A stretch of DNA of 64,000 nt. Origin: Deltaproteobacteria bacterium (GTDB lineage Bacteria > UBA10199 > SPLOWO2-01-44-7). The notes under the pieces are model-generated. The model was not told the DNA's origin. It did no database searches and saw only the letters and a list, made by a program, of their open reading frames with translations. The position numbers and the translations under genes are program-made. Shown here one piece after another: positions 57,643 through 64,000 of the stretch; the stretch's first letter is position 1; every line of letters starts with the position of its first letter. The stretch is taken from contig JAUSII010000035.1 in NCBI GenBank assembly GCA_030648035.1, positions 15,611 through 79,610 of the forward strand, given 5' to 3'.

Positions 57643-58713
57643 TTAAAGCCCATCTCTCCTGGCAACAATCAAAATGGCCTGCTGTAAAAATTGTTGCCAC
57701 AATTGCAAATTCACCAACACCGCCAGTTGTGGATCCATATAGACAAAGGCCCCAGTCTTATTTGTTTTTTTACGCATGGCCAGCAGATGAAAATGCCTGT
57801 CATCGATGTTAATTTCCAGAATATCCCAACGACGGCCTTCTTTGTCCCACATGAAAATGCGGACCGCATGTTCTTTTCGCACGACACCATAGTTGATGAT
57901 CCCGGAGCTATCGGCATTTTTCAAAATAACCCAGAAAACCTGACGCAGAGGAAAACTCTCGGGATGATTGGTGGTCAGAGCAAGAACAAGCGGCCAGGTG
58001 ATCGCCAGAGGATTTTGCACGAGAGGTTTATTTTGCGCCGGTTTATCCAGCGTAATGACGAGTCCCTCCGCCATTCTTCCCGAGGCCATATTTCTTTGAA
58101 GACGCCTGGCCAGCAGATTCATATTATCTGGATTCAAAACTTCCTGTTCGGAAAGTGAAAGTCGATAGAGTGGCCTGCCAAGACCCATTGCAAAATTTTG
58201 CACCGCCGAATGAGCCGGATCAAAACGAATTTCCCAATGGACGATTTGTGTCTCGGTAAATTTTGTCTCGATGGCGGCTTTGAGTGCCGCAAACCATTTT
58301 GAGTCCACTTGTGAAGCGATGGCCGAAATATCGAGAGAGATAATTGCTTTGCGGGGCTGTCTGGCGGTGACATACCAGGTGAAAAGATCCATTGCCACCG
58401 CCTCTGGATTCAAATCTTTTACTTTCAACGTCAGACCCTTGGTGGAGGGGGTGCGTGTTGCTTCCGGGGGAGTGGTAGGCGCTTGTGGGAAAAGGGCGTC
58501 AGGCTTTGAAAGTCCGGGCCCGATAGTGGTGTCGGCGGCACGCCAAAGGGCGCTGGTGTTTGACGGTAATCTGCCTGCAACAGCTTCAATCATCCAAGCC
58601 GGTAATGTCGCGTCCACAATGGTATTTTGGAAGCCCTCTCCCTGTGCAAAAGGAAGCGTCAGGGGATTTGGAATGAGGGTCCCCAAAAAATTGAGAGGCA
58701 GTATCAATCCCAT
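57643..58713 (-). CDS. Hypothetical protein of about 356 aa
   Basis: The ORF is open to 58869, but that start would overlap the divergent gene. ATG 58713 (MGLILPLNF...) is preferred. Pro/Thr-rich linker (QAPTTPPEATRTPSTKG). No family recognised. Confidence 0.5.
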   Translation of the reverse strand: MGLILPLNFLGTLIPNPLTLPFAQGEGFQNTIVDATLPAWMIEAVAGRLPSNTSALWRAADTTIGPGLSKPDALFPQAPTTPPEATRTPSTKGLTLKVKDLNPEAVAMDLFTWYVTARQPRKAIISLDISAIASQVDSKWFAALKAAIETKFTETQIVHWEIRFDPAHSAVQNFAMGLGRPLYRLSLSEQEVLNPDNMNLLARRLQRNMASGRMAEGLVITLDKPAQNKPLVQNPLAITWPLVLALTTNHPESFPLRQVFWVILKNADSSGIINYGVVRKEHAVRIFMWDKEGRRWDILEINIDDRHFHLLAMRKKTNKTGAFVYMDPQLAVLVNLQLWQQFLQQAILIVARRDGL

Positions 58714-58742
58714 AGGTTCAATAGCTGTATCGGTCCCTTCAT

Positions 58743-58773
58743 AAAAAAGTTGCGTGCAATAAGCAACTTTTTT
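58743..58773. promoter_or_regulatory. 11-bp perfect palindrome AAAAAAGTTGC-N9-GCAACTTTTTT in a divergent gap
   Basis: Arms at 58743-58753 and 58763-58773 lie between the minus-strand hypothetical operon and the plus-strand PP2C-like gene. The shape is that of a bidirectional terminator, but the position is that of an operator. Confidence 0.5.
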
Positions 58774-58799
58774 TGAGATTGGACGATAAGATTTATAGT

Positions 58800-60095
58800 A
58801 TGAGCATAGCCACATTAACCCAATCTGCCGCAGGTGTTTTAATGAACCAGAGCGCTGTGGCCGCCGCACTGACTTATGTTCCTGTCGGTCAGATGGGTTC
58901 CGGTGCGGAATTGCTGGGCCAGTGTATGGCCCAGATCAATGTCTCTCATGGCGATGCTTTTATCAGCCAGCTTCATCTTTCGCGCCGTCTGGTCCGGGCT
59001 GGCGAGTCTTGGGATGCCACTCTGGCGCAGTATAGTCTGGGTCAGATTGGACAAAAAGTTCCCAAAAACCATTGGGCCTCTCTGGTAAACCAGTTTGTGG
59101 ACCTGCATATCCAGGAACGATTTGTGTCTCCCGATGATTTTTTAACCCGTCAGAGTGAAAGCCTTTCCCGTCTCGTCTCCCCAACAATAAATCGCGGCTC
59201 CCATTGGAGACTTATGAATGGAGGAGATTCGAACCGGCAGGAAATTGAAACGGCCCTGGCTCCTTTGCAGCGCCGACTTCAATTTAAAAAAGAAAAATTC
59301 GATCCGATGAATGATGATGTCGTCGCCGAGCTTTTGAAAGGTCATTTGACGCGCTATCGCGAATTGCTTCAGCCAGTGGCACGATCAAATATGGGGATCG
59401 CTGAAAATATCGGCAACGATCCGAGAAGGCCTTTGCAGCAGGATTTTGTCTGGGGGCATGAAGGGATGCTGGCGGATGGGACGCCGGTTGTTGTCTCTAT
59501 TGTGGCCGACGGCTTTGGTCCCGACGGTCATAAAGTCAGCCAATCTGCGGCAGAATCTTTTTCCAAGCGTTTTTATCATCTGATGCTTCTGGAGCCGACC
59601 CTCCCTGTTTTAACAATGATTGCCCATGCCCTTCAGTTCGCCGACGAAAATGTTTCCAGATTTTATCCGAATGGCGGCACCACCTTTTGTGCGTTTGTGC
59701 AGGTCGGCACCGAACAATACTTTATCAATATTGGCAACTCGCGTGGCGCCTTTCTCTCCGATGATCTCGATTGGACTGAGGTTGCCATAGCTCAGTCGGT
59801 CGATGATGGAAAACCGCTCCGTTTTTTGGGCTACCCATCGGCCAAGCAGGAAACAAATTCCTTTTTTCTTCCCTATCCCGATATTTTTGTGAAAGATCCG
59901 CGTGTGGGTGGTTTGGTTTATCTCGCCTCCGATGGATTATCTTGGGCAGATGATTTTGATGCCCTTTCGGTTCTGACAAAATCATCCAGTTTTGAAGCCG
60001 CCGCCCGTGCCCTGATCGCGCAGGCTTTGCAACCGGGCAGAAGAACTGAAAATATGGCCGTCTCCCTGATCCGCGTCCGTGCAATTTCCAGTTGA
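58800..60095 (+). CDS. PP2C-like (SpoIIE/PPM-fold) protein with partly degenerate catalytic motifs and a ~200-aa N-terminal domain of unknown function
   Basis: PPM-like motif series: VSIVADGFGPDGHKVSQSAA, GGTTFCAFV, INIGNSRGAFL (N where GDSR has the metal-binding D), LASDGL, TENMAVSLIRV (E for D). ATG 58800 is preferred over TTG 58773. Confidence 0.5.
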   Translation: MSIATLTQSAAGVLMNQSAVAAALTYVPVGQMGSGAELLGQCMAQINVSHGDAFISQLHLSRRLVRAGESWDATLAQYSLGQIGQKVPKNHWASLVNQFVDLHIQERFVSPDDFLTRQSESLSRLVSPTINRGSHWRLMNGGDSNRQEIETALAPLQRRLQFKKEKFDPMNDDVVAELLKGHLTRYRELLQPVARSNMGIAENIGNDPRRPLQQDFVWGHEGMLADGTPVVVSIVADGFGPDGHKVSQSAAESFSKRFYHLMLLEPTLPVLTMIAHALQFADENVSRFYPNGGTTFCAFVQVGTEQYFINIGNSRGAFLSDDLDWTEVAIAQSVDDGKPLRFLGYPSAKQETNSFFLPYPDIFVKDPRVGGLVYLASDGLSWADDFDALSVLTKSSSFEAAARALIAQALQPGRRTENMAVSLIRVRAISS

Positions 60096-60144
60096 AATAC
60101 TCTCTCCTTGGGACTAGAAGGGCCCCATTCCAAAGGAGACTTTC

Positions 60145-62421
60145 ATGCAATCTGTCGAAACTACAAAAGAAATGGTGGCCCTCTCGTATGCTCGCATGCG
60201 ACAGAATCTGGAAGTCGTTCGCCAGAGATTAAACCACCCCTTAACGCTCGCTGAAAAAATTGTTTATGGTCATCTGGAAGATCCCCAAAATCAGGAATTG
60301 AACCGCGGCAAAAGTTTTCTGTTTTTGCGTCCCGATCGCGTGGCGATGCAGGATGCCACCGCGCAGATGGCGCTGTTGCAGTTTATGACGGCCGGTCGCA
60401 AACAGGCGGCGGTGCCGACAACGGTTCATTGCGATCATTTGATTCGCGCGCAGGTGGGGGCCCAGAATGATTTGATGGTGGCTTTGCAGGAAAATTTTGA
60501 AGTCTACGAATTTTTGCAAACCTGTTCACAAAACTACGGCATCGGTTTTTGGAAGCCCGGCTCCGGCATCATCCATCAGGTGTTGTTCGAAAATTATGCT
60601 TTTCCGGGCGGGCTGATGATTGGCACCGATTCACATACCCCCAATGCGGGCGGTTTAACGATGGTGGCGGTCGGTGTGGGTGGGGCCGATGCGGTCGATG
60701 TGATGGCCGGCATGCCGTGGGAAGTTTTGGCGCCAAAATTTGTAGGCATCAAACTGACCGGCAAGTTGAACGGCTGGACCGCACCGAAAGATGTGATTTT
60801 AAAAGTCTGCGAAATTTTGACTGTGAAGGGTGGCACCAATAAAATCATCGAATATTTTGGGGACGGTTGCGAATCGATTTCAGCCACCGGCAAGGGGACC
60901 ATCACCAACATGGGGGCCGAGCTGGGGGCTACCACTTCGATATTTCCCTACGACTCACGCGCTCGCGATTATCTGAACGCCACGGCACGCGGTGACTTGG
61001 CGGCACTGGCGGATCAGAATATGGACCTTTTGACAGCCGATGCCGAAGCGCTGGCCTCGCCGGAAAAACATTTCGACGAAGTTTTTGAAATTGATCTCTC
61101 CACGCTGGAGCCGCATGTGGTGGGGCCGCACTCTCCCGACGTCTCCCGTTCCATCTCCAAAATGAAGGAAGACGCTGAAAAAAACAAATATCCGAAAGAA
61201 ATTCGCTATGCGTTGATCGGCTCCTGCACCAATTCTTCTTACGAAGATATCGAACGCGCGGCCGATGTGGCACGACAAGCGGCAGAGCATGGCGCCAAAA
61301 CAAAAATTCCGTTGATGGTGACACCCGGTTCTGAACAGGTTTTTGAAACGATCCGCCGCGATGGCCAACTGGCCGCGCTGGAAAAAATAGGGGCCAATGT
61401 TTTGGCCAACGCTTGCGGGCCGTGCATAGGCCAATGGAAGCGCGAAGATCTAAAACAAAACGAGATGAACACGATCATCACTTCTTATAATCGCAACTTT
61501 CCGCGCCGCAACGACGGCAATCCGCAGACGCTGGCTTTTATTGCTTCACCCGAGCTGGTGGTGGCGATGAGTCTGGGGGGCACACTCGATTTTAATCCCC
61601 TGACAGATGAAATTGAAACAGACGGAAAACGATGGAAGTTGAAACCGCTGGCCAAGGCAGACGACATTCCCAAAAAAGGTTTTGTCCGTGCGGCCAAGGG
61701 TTATGTGGCACCGGCCCAAGATGCGGGTGAGGTGGCGGTGCAGGTCAACCCCAAGAGCGATCGCTTGCAGTTGTTGGCGCCGTTCACACCATGGGATGGA
61801 AAAGATTTCACCGATTGCCCTATTCTTCTTAAAGCCAAAGGGAAATGCACGACCGATCATATTTCACCCGCAGGGCCGTGGTTGAAATATCGCGGGCATC
61901 TTGATCATATCAGCGACAACATGTTTCTGGGAGCGACGAATGCCTTCACCGGAGAATCGGGAAAGGGGAAAAACATTCTGACCCACGAGACAGAAAAAAC
62001 ATTTTCCGAAATCGCGCGCGACTACAAAACCAAAGGTTTAAATTGGGTGGTGGTGGGTGATGAAAATTATGGCGAAGGTTCTTCACGCGAACACGCGGCC
62101 ATGGAACCCCGCTTTTTAAATGGCGTGGTGATTATTGTGAAAAGTTTCGCCCGTATCCACGAAACGAACCTCAAAAAACAGGGGATGTTGCCGCTGACTT
62201 TTGCGAACCCGGCCGATTATGACAAAGTGCAGGAGGAAGATCGCATCTCTATTCTCGGCCTGACCCACTTTGCCCCGGGCCATTCTTTGGAAGTGGTATT
62301 GCACCATAAAGATGGCCACGAAGATCGCTTTTTAGCCAACCACTCTTTCTCGGCCGAACAGATCGTCTGGTTTAGGGCCGGAGGCGCACTGAATTTAATC
62401 AAACAACAGGTGGGGACTTAA
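60145..62421 (+). CDS. Aconitate hydratase (monomeric ~750-aa, mitochondrial-like type)
   Basis: LRPDRVAMQDATAQMA, GTDSHTPNAGG, IGSCTNSSYED and ANACGPCIGQW cluster-ligand motifs. 758 aa. Confidence 0.9.
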   Translation: MQSVETTKEMVALSYARMRQNLEVVRQRLNHPLTLAEKIVYGHLEDPQNQELNRGKSFLFLRPDRVAMQDATAQMALLQFMTAGRKQAAVPTTVHCDHLIRAQVGAQNDLMVALQENFEVYEFLQTCSQNYGIGFWKPGSGIIHQVLFENYAFPGGLMIGTDSHTPNAGGLTMVAVGVGGADAVDVMAGMPWEVLAPKFVGIKLTGKLNGWTAPKDVILKVCEILTVKGGTNKIIEYFGDGCESISATGKGTITNMGAELGATTSIFPYDSRARDYLNATARGDLAALADQNMDLLTADAEALASPEKHFDEVFEIDLSTLEPHVVGPHSPDVSRSISKMKEDAEKNKYPKEIRYALIGSCTNSSYEDIERAADVARQAAEHGAKTKIPLMVTPGSEQVFETIRRDGQLAALEKIGANVLANACGPCIGQWKREDLKQNEMNTIITSYNRNFPRRNDGNPQTLAFIASPELVVAMSLGGTLDFNPLTDEIETDGKRWKLKPLAKADDIPKKGFVRAAKGYVAPAQDAGEVAVQVNPKSDRLQLLAPFTPWDGKDFTDCPILLKAKGKCTTDHISPAGPWLKYRGHLDHISDNMFLGATNAFTGESGKGKNILTHETEKTFSEIARDYKTKGLNWVVVGDENYGEGSSREHAAMEPRFLNGVVIIVKSFARIHETNLKKQGMLPLTFANPADYDKVQEEDRISILGLTHFAPGHSLEVVLHHKDGHEDRFLANHSFSAEQIVWFRAGGALNLIKQQVGT

Positions 62422-62468
62422 GTAGTTATACGTTGACTTAAATGTTTTTGGAATGTTAACGTATAGTC

Positions 62469-63503
62469 ATGGAAATCGATATTGCCGTTCGAACCCTCTT
62501 TGCAGAATTCCAGGAAGCTGTTTTCAGGCGTTTTGAGCTGGAACATCCACCAGATGAAAGCGGAACGTTTGTCAGCAAAACCCTTAAAGGCAAAAAATAC
62601 TGGTATGGTCAGCGCTATGTCGATGGCAAAATGGTCCAAAAATACCACGCTCCCTCTACGCCCCAAAATGACCACGATATTTTTAATATCCGCAAGGATC
62701 GGCAGGGGAAAAAAATATTATTAAGAAAATTGTTGGCGGATGAACAAAACAGGGCGGCTATGCTCAAGCGTGGCGGACTTCCGATTTTGGATCCGCTTAC
62801 CTCTTCTGTTTTGAAAGCACTTTCAGATGCCCTGCTTATTTATAAGGGGGGTGTTTTGGTTGGGTCTTATGCTTTTTGGGCTTATGCCGGTATGTTGGGA
62901 CAGCGCTTTGAAGGGGGACTTTTAAAAACACTGGATATCGACATGGCCTTCGATCCGTTAGTTGCCATGCCACTGGAGGTTCCCGTCTCTCTGCTTAAAT
63001 TGCTGAAATCGGTGGATGAACACTTTCGAGAGGTTCCCGGTTTTTTGCCCAAATATTCTCCCCATTCTTATATTGGACTTCATGGCTTGCGCGTGGATGT
63101 TTTGGCCCCTCTAAGGGGTAAACATCGTGGCAGTGTTCGGCTCGAAAAAATTATTGGAGCCGCGGCAGAGCCGGTTCGGTTTCTCGATTTCTTGATGAAA
63201 AAATCTGTTTCAGCGGTTTTGATCGGCCCGGGTGGCGGCATTCCGGTAACGGTTCCGCATCCGGCACGATATGCCGTGCACAAGCTGATTGTGGCCGCCA
63301 GAAGGCCGGTTACTGAATCGTCCAAAAGAGCCAAGGATATTGCACAAGCTGGAACTTTGATTGATATTTGTCTTAAAGAAGAACCTGCGGAATTAAAAAA
63401 CGCATTTCGGGAGGCGCAAAAAGAGGGAAAAAAGTGGCGAGCCTATTTATTGCAAAGTCTCAAACGGCTTCCAACCGAAACACAAGCCGCATTGTCGGTT
63501 TGA
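62469..63503 (+). CDS. Nucleotidyltransferase-fold protein (AbiEii/GSU2403-like minimal NTase)
   Basis: LVGSYAFWAYAG...LKTLDIDMAF fits the hG[GS]...D-x-D pol-beta-type NTase pattern in its AbiEii-like long-spacer form. The family name is from memory, not from a search. Confidence 0.35.
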   Translation: MEIDIAVRTLFAEFQEAVFRRFELEHPPDESGTFVSKTLKGKKYWYGQRYVDGKMVQKYHAPSTPQNDHDIFNIRKDRQGKKILLRKLLADEQNRAAMLKRGGLPILDPLTSSVLKALSDALLIYKGGVLVGSYAFWAYAGMLGQRFEGGLLKTLDIDMAFDPLVAMPLEVPVSLLKLLKSVDEHFREVPGFLPKYSPHSYIGLHGLRVDVLAPLRGKHRGSVRLEKIIGAAAEPVRFLDFLMKKSVSAVLIGPGGGIPVTVPHPARYAVHKLIVAARRPVTESSKRAKDIAQAGTLIDICLKEEPAELKNAFREAQKEGKKWRAYLLQSLKRLPTETQAALSV

Positions 63504-63644
63504 TTACCACCCCACCAGCGGCGGCAGAGGGCAAAAAATATTGCAACAATTTCAAGATGTTAAAATCTTTTCAAAATTTGAAGCAACTTTTCCATCTGCC
63601 ATGCCGATAACTAAACCAGAGGCAATTTAAGAAAGGATGTATTT

Positions 63645-63956
63645 ATGGGATTCGGAACAACGAAAATTGGAAAGTCTGCATCAGTAGAGGTTGCCGCTCC
63701 AGTCGACGAGACGGGGAAAACTTCTGGGGGAAAAGGGGCAACGGCACCGGATTCGTTTCGATTTCCGACGCCAGCAGAGAAGCAAGTAGCGCAGCATGAT
63801 GAAACGGTGAGACTTGCACAGATTTCTAAGTGCACTTCTATGGCAATAAGACTTTCAACAATAGATCCAGAGGCGGCATTAAATATGCTACAAAATTGCA
63901 AGTCGCAACCAGACCCGATTTTAAGACTTTTTGGTTCTGGAGAGTTAAAAAAGTAA
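63645..63956 (+). CDS. Hypothetical small hydrophilic protein (103 aa)
   Basis: AAAGGA SD lies 8 nt upstream. The composition is natural-looking and hydrophilic, unlike the overlapping minus-strand ORF. AT-richer neighbourhood. No family recognised. Confidence 0.35.
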   Translation: MGFGTTKIGKSASVEVAAPVDETGKTSGGKGATAPDSFRFPTPAEKQVAQHDETVRLAQISKCTSMAIRLSTIDPEAALNMLQNCKSQPDPILRLFGSGELKK

Positions 63957-64000
63957 CAGAATTTTAAAAAAAAGGAGAATACGATGTCAAACATATACCC

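Noticed and set aside
58714-58869. Upstream 52 codons of the 408-aa ORF
   Set aside because: They would overlap the divergent PP2C-like gene and swallow the palindrome at 58743-58773. The sequence (MRRPQRSGSLKHLRQIGLMWLCSYYKS...) looks non-coding. The start remains uncertain because no SD precedes ATG 58713 either.
63611-63994. 127-aa minus-strand ORF
   Set aside because: It has a Cys/Phe/Ser-rich odd composition and no SD. The overlapping plus-strand ORF has an SD and a more protein-like sequence. Both remain low confidence.
1-64000. Search for CRISPR arrays, tRNA/rRNA genes, IS elements, integrases and prophage genes
   Set aside because: No regularly spaced direct repeats, no cloverleaf-sized conserved intergenic segments (the largest gaps are about 100-200 nt and are accounted for), and no transposase or integrase-like ORFs were seen. 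A tRNAscan/Infernal/ISfinder run would be needed to confirm this.

Overview
This is a dense, almost gap-free 64-kb bacterial chromosomal segment with about 70 protein genes, many joined by ATGA/GTGA start-stop overlaps. I saw no rRNA, tRNA, CRISPR array, transposase or integrase by eye. Taxonomy cannot be assigned from the sequence alone.

The content is overwhelmingly respiratory and electron-transfer:
1. 2.4-7.0 kb: a Cyc2-like fused monoheme cytochrome-porin, then a decaheme MtrA/PioA/MtoA-type cytochrome and its 721-aa MtrB/PioB/MtoB-type barrel.
2. 7.0-13.2 kb: a Sec-type (clade II) N2O-reductase cluster, cyt c-nosZ-nosB-nosL-nosD-nosF-nosY, with divergent nnrS and an Fnr/Crp regulator.
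3. 15.2-18.5 kb: a hemY / octaheme / diheme-EB_dh operon.
4. 18.6-26.1 kb: a seven-gene cluster made of a giant lipoprotein multiheme cytochrome with Ig-like domains, a beta-barrel, hepta-, di- and pentaheme cytochromes, a Rieske protein, and cytochrome b fused to a diheme c.
5. feoB, a Cys-rich small protein, and a DtxR-FeoA fusion.
6. A tetraheme / FeS / NrfD module.
7. apbE-rnfCDGEAB-korAB-malic enzyme as one translationally coupled string.
8. A ferredoxin plus a second 2-oxoacid:ferredoxin oxidoreductase.
9. hemA, a second Fnr/Crp paralog, ccmHG, hemN and ccmABCDEF.
10. An orphan four-gene cluster with a degenerate PP2C-like protein, then aconitase and a nucleotidyltransferase-fold gene at the AT-richer right edge.

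I count 56 canonical CxxCH motifs in 12 proteins.

Most interesting leads:
- The porin-cytochrome conduit genetically fused to a Rieske/cyt b complex.
- The Cyc2 plus MtoAB pair abutting nos.
- A recurrent aTGAT-N4-ATCAt (FNR-type) box at the promoters of these clusters and of both regulator paralogs.
- A 146-nt multi-hairpin element bounded by a perfect 29-bp inverted repeat, in the only gap of the rnf operon.
- An 80-aa N-terminal extension on RnfA.
- The uncharacterised cluster upstream of ccmA.

All family calls come from motif recognition by eye. No database search was run.
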